Origin: an uncultured Rickettsiales bacterium
GTDB taxonomy: Bacteria; Pseudomonadota; Alphaproteobacteria; RF32; CAG-239
Direction: 5' to 3'
NCBI GenBank assembly: GCA_900551865.1
Contig: URXV01000001.1
Coordinates: 94,743-158,742, forward strand
DNA length: 64,000 nt
The notes beneath the pieces are model-generated. The model had not been told where the DNA came from and did no database searches. It saw nothing but the letters and a program-made list of their open reading frames with translations. This document shows positions 32,376-41,652 of this stretch, one piece after another (position 1 is the stretch's first letter; every line of letters begins with the position of its first letter). The position numbers were made by a program, and so were the translations under genes.

Positions 32376-35029
32376 TACGATTTCATGACCTCATATACTT
32401 TTTGGGTTAAATCGCTTAAGCTGAAAGGTTTGGGGATAAAAGACAAATTGTCGATGTCGGTAAATTCGCCTTTTAAAATGTCTTCCGAATAGCCGGACGC
32501 AAGAATTATCTTTATGTCAGGCAGCATTTCCAAGACCTGACGCGACAACTCGATGCCGTTTTGTCCGGGCATGACCATATCTGTAATCAGAAGCTGGAAA
32601 TTCTTATCGTTTTCAAGTGTTTCGAGCGCATTTTCAGCAGAACTGCAACCGACGACGTCGTAGCCTTTTTTGCGGAGCGCCCGCAGGGCAAATGTCCGGA
32701 CAGAGTTTTCGTCATCAACCAGCAGGATACGGGTATTTTCAATGTTTTCCGGCATCTGTGCCAAGTCGTCGGCTGCAGACAGGCTGAGCCCTAAAATGAC
32801 TTTATCGCTGTCGGTTTGCGGCGATTTGATTTCCGCAGGGGTCAGGACGGCGCGGCCGCGTTTGTCGTTCAAAACGCGGCGGGTGAGGGCTGCGTCAACT
32901 TTGCGCGGGGCTGTTTCGGCCGGGTAAGCGGGCAGGTAGACCGAAAAGGTGGTGCCGACGTTAACAGTGCTTTTTACTTTGATAAAACCTTCCATCTGGC
33001 GGACGATACCGTAGACGGTGGCCAGGCCGAGCCCGGTTCCGGAACCGACGACATTTTGTTTGGTGGAGAAGAAGGGTTCAAAGATGCGTGACATATTTTC
33101 CAAGGGGATGCCACAGCCAGAGTCGGTAACGTCCATGCGGATAAAGCTGCCGCTTTCTATCGTTTCGGCGCCGAAACGGTATGGTTCAAGCAATGTTTCT
33201 TTCTGAGTGGAGATGGTAAGAGAGCCCTTTTTGTTCATTGCGTCTTTGGCATTGACGCAGAGGTTCAGGACGACCTGAAGAAACTGGACTTTGTCAACTT
33301 TAATGCAGTCGAGGTTTTCGCCGTGGCGGAATTTTAGTTCGATTTGTTCGCCGACGGTTCTTTTCAGCAGCGGTGTATAGTTGACGAGAATGTCGGTTAT
33401 GTCGCTCAGTTCCGGCTGCAAAGGCTGCTTGCGCGAGAATTGCAGCAGCTGGCGCACCAGTTCGGCGGCGCAGTTGGCATTTTGCTTAATCTGGATGATG
33501 TCGGCAAATGACGAATCGCCGATGCTGTGCTTTTGCAACAGCAAATCGCAGAAACCTATCATTGCGGTCAGAAGATTGTTGAAGTCATGGGCTATGCCGC
33601 CGGCCAGCTGTCCCATTGCCTGCATCTTCTGAGCTTGCGCAAACTGAGTTTCAAGGTTCTTCTGTTCAGTCGTGTCCAGGCAGAAAAGAATAATGCCGCG
33701 GATGTTTTCCCTGATTTGAACCGGAGAGGAAAACAGCGGGCAGATGTATAAACGGAGTATCCGATTTTTGTTTTTTTCTTTGAGGTTAAGGTCAAAATAA
33801 GCAGGTTGCAACTTATCGGTTTCGGAAACAAACGCGGCCAACTGTTTTTTTATTTTTCCGATGCTGTCTTCGTCCAGATAGTTTGACAGGTAGTTATCTA
33901 GCGGTTGGGAGGATGAGGGGATGCCGAGAATGTCCATAAATCGCTGGTTGATGCGTTTGATAACCAGCTCGGTGTCAAGCAACATCATTCCGAATGGGGA
34001 AAGGTTAAAAATGCTGTTGGTTTCGGAAACGGCCTCTTCGTATGCCTGTTTCAGGCCGGCATCGGTCGGGATGCCACCGATAACTGCGCCGCGGGTTTGG
34101 ACTTCGCTTCCCTGTTTAAAGCGGTCGACTTTTACAAGGTATTCACAAATGCCGCCGTCAGTACTGCGGACATATGCCGTGTATTGGGAACAGGCGTTGT
34201 TCAGGCGCTGTTCGCCTTCGGCACTTTGCGGCAGAAAATCCGTGATGCCTTTTCCGAGAATGTTCTCTTTGGGCGTATTTAACATACGGCTTAATGTTTT
34301 ATTGACATATTCGACTTTGCCCTTGGCATTGAGGACATACAATCCGATGGGCATAAAATTCAGAAAATTATAAAAAGCGCGCCGTTCTTCCTGAAAAATG
34401 GCGTCCATGGTTTTTTCCGAAGTGATGTTTTCGAGGCTCCACAGGAGATAAATGTTGTATTTGAGGTCGAATCCGGAAGCGCGGTCTATTTCTTCGCCGC
34501 CGTCGGCATTGAGGCTGATTGGGCGAAGGCTGACCCGATACCATTCCTGCCCGGAAAAGACCGTAGAGGTATCAAATTTAAGCGTTACTTCCAGCCGGTC
34601 TTCCTTCAAATGTTCGGCGGAAGTGCGAAGCTGTTTCAGCTTTTGGCGGTTGTTTTCGTCATTGACGAGGTGCGTTTCCAAAAAGTCCAGAACGGGAAGC
34701 CCTTGCAGAAAGTTTTTTGCCAGCTCGTTTTGCAAGACGGTTTTGCCGTCGGCATTGACGATTGTATAGCATATTTTACGGTTTTTGAGGATTTCGTTGG
34801 CCAAACCGCCATAAAGAATTGCTGTTTCGCCTGACTGGAGAATCGTAATGGCAATATAAATACTCAGGATTATAAAGATGAATACAGCCAGAATTACCGG
34901 ACGGAGATATGCCGGATAGGCAAATAAAAAACCTATGCTTACAATGGTTGCAGTAAGCATAAAGACGAGAAGAAGAAGACGTTCTTCCAAAATTTTGTCC
35001 GGGCGGATATCCTGGTCGTTTTTGAACAT
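32375..35029 (-). CDS. Hybrid sensor histidine kinase / response regulator with PAS domains (CckA-like)
   Basis: Two N-terminal TM helices, PAS repeats, H-box IAHDFNNLL, ATPase boxes (NAKDAM, DSGCGI, GSGTGLGL), and a C-terminal REC domain (LLVDDENSVR...LLITDMVMP). Confidence 0.85.
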   Translation of the reverse strand: MFKNDQDIRPDKILEERLLLLVFMLTATIVSIGFLFAYPAYLRPVILAVFIFIILSIYIAITILQSGETAILYGGLANEILKNRKICYTIVNADGKTVLQNELAKNFLQGLPVLDFLETHLVNDENNRQKLKQLRTSAEHLKEDRLEVTLKFDTSTVFSGQEWYRVSLRPISLNADGGEEIDRASGFDLKYNIYLLWSLENITSEKTMDAIFQEERRAFYNFLNFMPIGLYVLNAKGKVEYVNKTLSRMLNTPKENILGKGITDFLPQSAEGEQRLNNACSQYTAYVRSTDGGICEYLVKVDRFKQGSEVQTRGAVIGGIPTDAGLKQAYEEAVSETNSIFNLSPFGMMLLDTELVIKRINQRFMDILGIPSSSQPLDNYLSNYLDEDSIGKIKKQLAAFVSETDKLQPAYFDLNLKEKNKNRILRLYICPLFSSPVQIRENIRGIILFCLDTTEQKNLETQFAQAQKMQAMGQLAGGIAHDFNNLLTAMIGFCDLLLQKHSIGDSSFADIIQIKQNANCAAELVRQLLQFSRKQPLQPELSDITDILVNYTPLLKRTVGEQIELKFRHGENLDCIKVDKVQFLQVVLNLCVNAKDAMNKKGSLTISTQKETLLEPYRFGAETIESGSFIRMDVTDSGCGIPLENMSRIFEPFFSTKQNVVGSGTGLGLATVYGIVRQMEGFIKVKSTVNVGTTFSVYLPAYPAETAPRKVDAALTRRVLNDKRGRAVLTPAEIKSPQTDSDKVILGLSLSAADDLAQMPENIENTRILLVDDENSVRTFALRALRKKGYDVVGCSSAENALETLENDKNFQLLITDMVMPGQNGIELSRQVLEMLPDIKIILASGYSEDILKGEFTDIDNLSFIPKPFSLSDLTQKVYEVMKS

Positions 35030-35066
35030 GAGCCTGCCTTTTTCTGAAAGATTATTTTGCCTGCTG

Positions 35067-36686
35067 TCAGGTAACGATGTCCGGCTGCTCTTTGCCGGTG
35101 CGTGAAGTTATTTCGGAAATTTCCCTTGAAACGCGGCAGAGTTCCCGAAGCATATCTTCAGGGTCTTCCTCAAGTTTGTCGGTAACATAGCGTTCAATAT
35201 AGGTGCGCAGTGTAGCGCCGTTGGTTCCGGTTCCGGACAGGCGATAGACAATGCGCGAACCGTCGGTGAAATGTACAATCAGCCCGTTTTGGGTTGAAGT
35301 ATGGTCAACAGGGTCATTATAAACGAACGGATAAGCGTCGGAAACAGTGAAATTCCCGAAAGATTTTCCAGAAAGGGCGGGCAGTTTGGCTTTCAAATCA
35401 GCCATAAGCCTGTCAGCGGTTTCCTGCGGGATGCCTTCAAAGTCGTTGCGGAGATAGTAGCTTCTGCCATATTTCCGCCAGTGATCCAATGCAATTTCCT
35501 TTACGGATTTTCCGGTTTCGGCAATTATGCTGAGCCAGAACAGGGTAGCCCAAATGCCGTCTTTTTCACGGATATGGGCGGCTCCGGCGCCGAAACTTTC
35601 TTCTCCGCAGAAAGTAATGCGGTTGGAATCCATCAGGTGAATAAAGTATTTCCAGCCGGTCGGAACTTCGTAGTAGCCGATTTTCAAAGCATCGGCGACC
35701 CTTTTGACCGCCATTGACGTTGCGGCGGATTTTGCAACGCCGTAAATGCCGTTTTTATATGCGGGAATGAGCTTATAGTTATCGGTTAAAACAGCCAGGC
35801 AGTCGCTGGGGCTGACAAAGAAACCGGAACCGAGAATCATATTGCGGTCGCCGTCTCCGTCATTGGCTGCAGCAAAGTCAGGCGCCGCTTCCGAATACAT
35901 CAGGTCAACGAGGTGTTTGGCATAAATAAGGTTGGGGTCGGGGTGCAGGCCTCCAAAATCCTCCAGCGGAACAGCATTGATAACCGACCCGGCAGGCGCG
36001 CCGAGAATTTCTTCAAAAATTTTTTTGCCGTAAGGGCCGGTAACGCCGTTCATGGCGTCAAAGACAAAACGGAAATCCGATGTCAGCAGTTCTTTCAATT
36101 TGGCGAAATCAAAAATTCCTTCCATCATTTCAATATAGTCGGCAAAAGGGTCAATGACTTCAATTTCCGTATTTTCGCAGCGGGCAGTTCCGACGGTTGA
36201 CAAGTCTATGTCTGGACAGTCGGAAATCCTGTACTCCCTGATGGACAGCGTCTGCTCCTGAATAGCCTGACTTTCCGCCGGCTGGCACTGGCCGCCGGTT
36301 GCCGTGGCATATTTGATGCCGAAGTCGCCGTCAATGCCGCCCGGATTATGCGAGGCGGTCAGGATAAGCCCTCCGTCGAGTTTGTTTTTCAGGATAATGT
36401 GGGAGCCGGCGGGGGTTGACACCAGGCCGTTTTGTCCGACATACAGCTTTTTAACGTTATTGGCTGCCGCTATTTTGATAATTTTTTGGATTGCGGCTTT
36501 ATTCAGGTAACGCCCGTCGCCGCCGACCAGAAAAGATTTTTCCGACAAGTCGGGAATCGTATTGAAAATACTTTGCAGAAAATTTTCAATATAGTTTTCC
36601 TGCATAGCAATCCGGGTCTTTTTCCGCAGGCCTGCGGTACCCATTTTTTGGTCGGTATACGGAGAGGTGGAAACAATTTTTATCAT
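35067..36686 (-). CDS. pgm: Phosphoglucomutase (alpha-D-glucose phosphate-specific)
   Basis: Active-site loop TASHNPGG, 539 aa. Confidence 0.9.
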   Translation of the reverse strand: MIKIVSTSPYTDQKMGTAGLRKKTRIAMQENYIENFLQSIFNTIPDLSEKSFLVGGDGRYLNKAAIQKIIKIAAANNVKKLYVGQNGLVSTPAGSHIILKNKLDGGLILTASHNPGGIDGDFGIKYATATGGQCQPAESQAIQEQTLSIREYRISDCPDIDLSTVGTARCENTEIEVIDPFADYIEMMEGIFDFAKLKELLTSDFRFVFDAMNGVTGPYGKKIFEEILGAPAGSVINAVPLEDFGGLHPDPNLIYAKHLVDLMYSEAAPDFAAANDGDGDRNMILGSGFFVSPSDCLAVLTDNYKLIPAYKNGIYGVAKSAATSMAVKRVADALKIGYYEVPTGWKYFIHLMDSNRITFCGEESFGAGAAHIREKDGIWATLFWLSIIAETGKSVKEIALDHWRKYGRSYYLRNDFEGIPQETADRLMADLKAKLPALSGKSFGNFTVSDAYPFVYNDPVDHTSTQNGLIVHFTDGSRIVYRLSGTGTNGATLRTYIERYVTDKLEEDPEDMLRELCRVSREISEITSRTGKEQPDIVT

Positions 36687-36766
36687 TTGGCTGCCTTTGC
36701 GTTAAAAAAATGTCAAATTTCGGTGCACACGATAAAACAAAAAGCACCGCTTGTAAAGATTATTTA

Positions 36767-37450
36767 TTAGCTGAAAATAAATTCTGCAAGTTTTAAAATT
36801 TCCCGTTTGGCACATATATCTTCATAAGTCAGCTGTTTTGCCAGCTCTGGAAAAATTTGGGGAGAGAGGGCTCTGTCCTGTGCGGATATGCCGGAAACGG
36901 CGTTTTGGTATGGCTGGCGGAAATTCAGCGGCGGCGCGGCACGAAATCCGTAGAGGCGGGACATTTGTGCCAGTTCTGCCGATTGTCGGAGAGGCAGAGA
37001 ACTGTCAGGATTGTTTTCGCAGACAACCCAATTCAGGCTGTGCCTCCGTGTGGCCGCTATGCGTTTTTTTAACTCCCAAACGTCGTTAAGATATGCCTTG
37101 TTTTGTTGAAATTTTTTAATACCGCTTCGGCTATGGCGCAGCAGGGTGATGAACGTTGCCGCATTATCTGCCAATTCATCGGTTGCGGATATTTCCGGGA
37201 TTATTACGGCATCATACGGTGCGGCGGCGAGGGGGAAACTGTTTCGTTCCAGTATGTCCGGCTGGGGCAGGGTTGGAAATTTTTGCCGGCGGTTATTGAA
37301 TGTCTGGCGCAGAGGCGAGTCTTCGTTCAGCAGGACTGCAGTTTTCTGCCGGTTGTAGAGCAACACCAAGGCCAATTCCAAGCATACAGTCTTACGTCCG
37401 GTGTCTTTTTCACCGTTTATGACGACAATGTACGGAATATGTTCGCTCAT
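36767..37450 (-). CDS. ParA/MinD-superfamily-like protein with degenerate Walker A
   Basis: IVVINGEKDTGRKTV occupies the position of the deviant Walker A motif, 227 aa. Confidence 0.4.
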   Translation of the reverse strand: MSEHIPYIVVINGEKDTGRKTVCLELALVLLYNRQKTAVLLNEDSPLRQTFNNRRQKFPTLPQPDILERNSFPLAAAPYDAVIIPEISATDELADNAATFITLLRHSRSGIKKFQQNKAYLNDVWELKKRIAATRRHSLNWVVCENNPDSSLPLRQSAELAQMSRLYGFRAAPPLNFRQPYQNAVSGISAQDRALSPQIFPELAKQLTYEDICAKREILKLAEFIFS

Positions 37451-37456
37451 GACTGA

Positions 37457-38362
37457 CTAACGGCGATATCCTGCCGAAGCGTGGTTGTATGCGGTTTTGG
37501 TTTTTTCGCCGCGCAGAGAACTGTTAATAGCGCTGCGTAGGCTTGCCGTATTAATATTGGGATTCTTTTGCATATAATTTAATGATATTTCCATCATTTT
37601 AGAAATGTTTTCATCCCTCTCTTTGACTTTTTTATGTCCCAGCGTAACGGCGATGACGCGATAGTTTCCCTGCTGGGCGGAGGTCAAAATGTTAAACCCG
37701 GAAGCGGCGGTGTAGCCTGTTTTCATGCCGTCCGTTCCCAGCGAATCGTTTAAGAGGTAGTTGTGGGTTTTGTATGTCATGCCGTTGTATTGAAATTCGT
37801 TTAAAGAGAAGAGGTGATAGTACTGCGGGAAGTGGTGGTATACGGCGGCGCCTAAGATGGCAAGATCTTTGGCGGTTGTTTTTTGAGCGGAGTTCGGCAG
37901 GCCGGAAGCGTTTTTGAATGTTGTGCGGTACATGCCGAGTTTGCGTGCCGTTTTGGTCATCAGTTTGGCAAATTCGGCTTCGCTGGGGCTCAGGGCTTCC
38001 GCTAATACGGTGGCGCAGTCGTTGGCTGATTTGACAATCAGCGCTTCAACGGCTGTCTTGACGTCAATGTATGAACCGGCGGGCATTCCGAGTTTTGACG
38101 GCGAGCGCGACGCAGCGGTGGAAGATACTTTTAATTTGTCGGAAAATTTCAGCTTTCCGGTTTCCAGCGCATTAAACGTTATATAGAGTGTCATCAATTT
38201 GGTCAGAGATGCCGGGTAACGAAGCTCTTCGGCCTTGTCGGCATACAGTACGTTTCCGCTTTGGGCGTCAATAACAATTGAAGACGTGCCTCCGGCTGCA
38301 TTTGCTGCGGTCGCACATCCCAAAGACAACAGAGCTATACATAACGTTTTTAATGCGTTCAT
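37457..38362 (-). CDS. D-alanyl-D-alanine carboxypeptidase (serine peptidase S11)
   Basis: Signal peptide plus SxxK (ASLTK), SxN (SAN) and KTG (KTGYT) motifs. Confidence 0.85.
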   Translation of the reverse strand: MNALKTLCIALLSLGCATAANAAGGTSSIVIDAQSGNVLYADKAEELRYPASLTKLMTLYITFNALETGKLKFSDKLKVSSTAASRSPSKLGMPAGSYIDVKTAVEALIVKSANDCATVLAEALSPSEAEFAKLMTKTARKLGMYRTTFKNASGLPNSAQKTTAKDLAILGAAVYHHFPQYYHLFSLNEFQYNGMTYKTHNYLLNDSLGTDGMKTGYTAASGFNILTSAQQGNYRVIAVTLGHKKVKERDENISKMMEISLNYMQKNPNINTASLRSAINSSLRGEKTKTAYNHASAGYRR

Positions 38363-38517
38363 TTTATGGCGAATCCTTTCATTGTCGTGACTTTCTATAT
38401 AATAGAGATGAAAAAGAAAATAAATTGTTAATTTTATGTTATGAATAAAAAAAAATTGTGTTTTTTTAGCTTGACTTTATAAATAATTGTATGTAAAAGT
38501 TCCAAAGCAAAGTTGAT

Positions 38518-38594
38518 GGCGGACGTAGCTCAGTTGGTAGAGCCCCGGTTTGTGGTACCGGTTGTCGTCGGTTCGAGCCCGATCGTCCGCCCCA
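38518..38594 (+). tRNA. tRNA-His (anticodon GTG) with encoded G-1 and CCA
   Basis: Hand-folded: GGCGGACG acceptor arm with extra 5' G pairing C73, anticodon loop TTGTGGT, T-loop GGTTCGAGC. Confidence 0.9.
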
Positions 38595-39237
38595 TTCTTT
38601 TTTTATAATCCTACATCTTCAAGCCTTTGAAATTGTTTTGTTTCTTTTGGTGGGAGCGAAACAGCGTTTAAACGTATCTGTACAGTAAAGAATCTTGATA
38701 TTATGCAAAGTTTTTTTGTCCCTTAATTGCTCCTAAACTTTTGGAAATAATACGTATTCACTATTTTTTGCGAGTGTTAAAAGCAATCTCATTAGCCGTG
38801 TTAGCCTCACTAGGTTTTGGCTTTTTTCGCCCTGCCCCCTTATTTTCGCCCGCGTTGGGTTAAATGTCCACACTTATTGCGTTAACCCTTTGAAAGTTTG
38901 GGATAGTTTTGTTTTCTTTCAAATAAGTTTTTGATAGTTTGAACTATTGATTGCTTTTTGACGATATTTGCGTTAAAGTTTTCTTGGGTGCGGGAAACTA
39001 CACCCTGAGTGCCTTTTTTAGGTGCAAGAGAGCTGTCGTAAGCTCAAATTGGTGTCGGTGTTAGGATATAACATCGTCAAATTATCGGCTATTCGTGAAT
39101 GGCTGATAGTTAATATATCCCCGATTCATAGCGATATGGTCGGGGAGCTTTTAGCGTATGTCCAAGAACCATATCTTTATCTTTGAAAATATGGTTCTAA
39201 AGGTTAGAAGAATCATTGGCACCAATATGATTTACGA

Positions 39238-39285
39238 ACTCTCCGACCACCTTATAAAAAGGTGGTTATTTTTTAATCGGAGAGT
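39238..39285 (+). promoter_or_regulatory. Nested leader hairpin sequestering the RBS of the downstream lipoprotein gene
   Basis: Outer 9-bp stem ACTCTCCGA/TCGGAGAGT contains the SD GGAGAG. Inner 7-bp stem CCACCTT/AAGGTGG plus TTATTTTTT forms an intrinsic-terminator-like element. Confidence 0.45.
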
Positions 39286-39290
39286 GAAAA

Positions 39291-39935
39291 ATGAATATTG
39301 AAGGATATAAAAGCAAATTAACTGAAACAAAAAAGTCGATAAAGTATAGATATTTTTTGCTATTATCGCTAACACTGTTGTTGGCAGGATGTGAAAGTTT
39401 TAATAATTTTAATGATAAAATTGGCAATCTTAGCAATAAAGTCCAACAAGCATTTAAAACACCATGTGACAGATTAAGTGCTAAAAAGTTTTTAGAACAA
39501 GAATATGAAACAAATGATGTTTTTGCATACTATCGCAAGTTTCAATTAAAATATTCCATAAATTCTGCATATGCTTTGGATACAAGAAATGGCTATTCTT
39601 ATTGCATCATAAATCTTGATTATTCAAGTAATCGGACTGTTTCAAAAATGGTCAATTCTATATTAGGTTCAAAACTTTCAGTAATAAATAGAGGTTTTGG
39701 CGGAATCGACTTGAAATATCAAGAAGATGCCTTAGGCAAAATATACTTTGATGCAGAAAATCCAAGTGATAACTCCTCTTATTTCAAAGATTTTGACAGA
39801 CATTTACGTATGCTTGACCTAAAGCTGAAAAATCAAACTTGTGATTTAGCATATCAGTTTAGATTAGCCGGCGTTGATATAAAAGAAGTCAATGAAAAAT
39901 ATGGATATAAAAATAAATGCACGATTTATGAATAG
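39291..39935 (+). CDS. Hypothetical lipoprotein in a low-GC islet
   Basis: Lipobox LLAGC, about 28-30% GC against roughly 50% background. Confidence 0.55.
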   Translation: MNIEGYKSKLTETKKSIKYRYFLLLSLTLLLAGCESFNNFNDKIGNLSNKVQQAFKTPCDRLSAKKFLEQEYETNDVFAYYRKFQLKYSINSAYALDTRNGYSYCIINLDYSSNRTVSKMVNSILGSKLSVINRGFGGIDLKYQEDALGKIYFDAENPSDNSSYFKDFDRHLRMLDLKLKNQTCDLAYQFRLAGVDIKEVNEKYGYKNKCTIYE

Positions 39936-40031
39936 CGTTGTTTCTTTATTTGCACGATAAGAAACAGCAATTTTGCTCTGGCAATAACAAGACTAATTTT
40001 ATGCAGGTAATTTAGAAAAGGAGAAGTAAAT

Positions 40032-40616
40032 ATGTTAACATTACTTTTGATATTTGGTTTTGTAATAAGTTGTTTTATTATTCCGCCTATGGGACCAATA
40101 GTTTACCTTATTGTTCTTATTATATTTATGGCAGTGTCAAAGATTTTAAAAATTTCCGCATCAACCTCTGCTCACGCATTGAAGACAGTAGCTGATAAAA
40201 CTTCAGAAATGCCAACATGGTTGCCTCTTGCATTGGGGATACCCCTGTTTTTAGGTTTTAATGCTTATTTTTCCTATTTAGGAGCTGATGAAAGTATGGT
40301 TATTTTATCATTCTTCTTTTCGTGCATCATAATTTATCTTGTTAATTGTATTTATAAAAGGCACCTTAGAACGGCATATAATAAATTTCTCTATTCTGCC
40401 ATCGAAGAGCATTTTGACACCCTATCTGCAAAATACAAAGAGTTAGTTTGTGTAGGGGATTATGGTGAAACAATATACGATAAATGGTATAATGAAATAG
40501 AACGCTTTATTGATGGTGTCATAAAAAAACAAAAATCCGGAATTACCCTGTCTGATGAAGAATTAAAGAAATATATTATTGATGAAATTAATATACAACA
40601 CCTTGAACAAAAATAA
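40032..40616 (+). CDS. Hypothetical membrane protein in a low-GC islet
   Basis: Four N-terminal TM helices plus a cytoplasmic C-terminal domain, low GC. Confidence 0.55.
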   Translation: MLTLLLIFGFVISCFIIPPMGPIVYLIVLIIFMAVSKILKISASTSAHALKTVADKTSEMPTWLPLALGIPLFLGFNAYFSYLGADESMVILSFFFSCIIIYLVNCIYKRHLRTAYNKFLYSAIEEHFDTLSAKYKELVCVGDYGETIYDKWYNEIERFIDGVIKKQKSGITLSDEELKKYIIDEINIQHLEQK

Positions 40617-40644
40617 ATTTTCCGTTTTCCGACTCTCTTTGTAA

Positions 40645-40675
40645 CGCGTCACCTTTCTGACGCGCTTTTTATTTT
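40645..40675 (+). terminator. Terminator after the islet genes
   Basis: CGCGTCA-CCTTTC-TGACGCG followed by CTTTTTATTTT. Confidence 0.7.
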
Positions 40676-40738
40676 GTGTATTGATATTGGCTTTACAGGA
40701 TGCGGCAGAACCGGCATATGGGTTTCGGGCTGGTGAGT

Positions 40739-40996
40739 TCAGGTGCCATTTTCTTTTTCTATGTTTTTGATAATGTCGGCCAGTTGGATGTTCAAAGTGT
40801 CTGCAATCATTTTCAGCGTGTAAAGCGTCGGCCTGCGTTCGTGCCGCTCTATGTAACTCAGGGCCGCTTCGGTGATGCCGCATTCTTTGGCCAGCCGATA
40901 ACGGCTGATGTTTTGCCTTATTCTTTCCTGAACAAGCAAATCAACTACTTCATCACTAAATGTCTGGGCTTCGCGTATTTTCATGACGGTTATCAT
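40739..40996 (-). CDS. XRE-family HTH transcriptional regulator
   Basis: HTH segment ISRYRLAKECGITEAALSYIERHERRPTLYTLKMIADTL, 85 aa. Confidence 0.8.
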   Translation of the reverse strand: MITVMKIREAQTFSDEVVDLLVQERIRQNISRYRLAKECGITEAALSYIERHERRPTLYTLKMIADTLNIQLADIIKNIEKENGT

Positions 40997-41004
40997 AAAT
41001 CATC

Positions 41005-41038
41005 TTGACAAATACTATTACTTAACTATAGTTAAGTA
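41005..41038 (+). promoter_or_regulatory. Sigma70-like promoter (TTGACA-16-TATAGT) overlapping a perfect 20-bp palindromic operator
   Basis: TACTTAACTATAGTTAAGTA at 41019-41038 is perfectly self-complementary. The -35 element TTGACA is at 41005-41010. Confidence 0.6.
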
Positions 41039-41091
41039 TATTTTCACCGGTACGAAGTGCCGGTGCGGGACTTTTGGAGGACGGGCTTGCC

Positions 41092-41652
41092 ATGCGGTTG
41101 TATGAAAAAATAAGATGTTTCTTTTTAGGCAGTACGGATATGCTGCTAAAAGATGGGAGATTTGTCATTGATGAATTGTTTTTTAATCGCCGGCTTAAAT
41201 TTCGTGCGTTGAAGCGTTATGAGCTGGGTACGATGAGAGTCGGAAATATAAAATACGGTTCCGGCGCGACAGGGCGTCCGTTAAATGAAGTTTCTCCTTT
41301 TAAATATTTGTTGGGCGATACAGCCGGCTATGACAACTATTGCCGCATGCACAGGCAGGCGCTTCATTATGAGGAAATGGTACCGGAAAAGTACGACGCT
41401 CTTATAAAGAGCATTGAAAATGACGGTTTTGATACAAAATTTGTGATTATTACGGATTTTGACGGAGTTGTGAAAGACGGACAACATCGTTCCTGCTATC
41501 TTTTGTATAAATACGGAGCAGACTATGAGGTTCCTGTATTGAAACTTGAACTGGGCCGGCGCAGCTGGTTTAATAAAGTTATGCGCTATATTTATAAGAA
41601 AAGCGTTGGGTTTGGCCAAAATCAGAAAGCTAGAACGACGGATAGTCGGTAA
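41092..41652 (+). CDS. ParB/sulfiredoxin-like nuclease-domain protein (putative)
   Basis: VIITDFDGVVKDGQHRSCYLL resembles the ParB N-terminal DGxHR motif. GGAGG lies 11 nt upstream of ATG 41092. Confidence 0.45.
   Translation: MRLYEKIRCFFLGSTDMLLKDGRFVIDELFFNRRLKFRALKRYELGTMRVGNIKYGSGATGRPLNEVSPFKYLLGDTAGYDNYCRMHRQALHYEEMVPEKYDALIKSIENDGFDTKFVIITDFDGVVKDGQHRSCYLLYKYGADYEVPVLKLELGRRSWFNKVMRYIYKKSVGFGQNQKARTTDSR

Noticed and set aside
38595-41652. Integrated prophage or integrative element at tRNA-His
   Set aside because: No integrase, recombinase, phage structural genes or recognisable att direct repeat. Only the compositional anomaly is reported.
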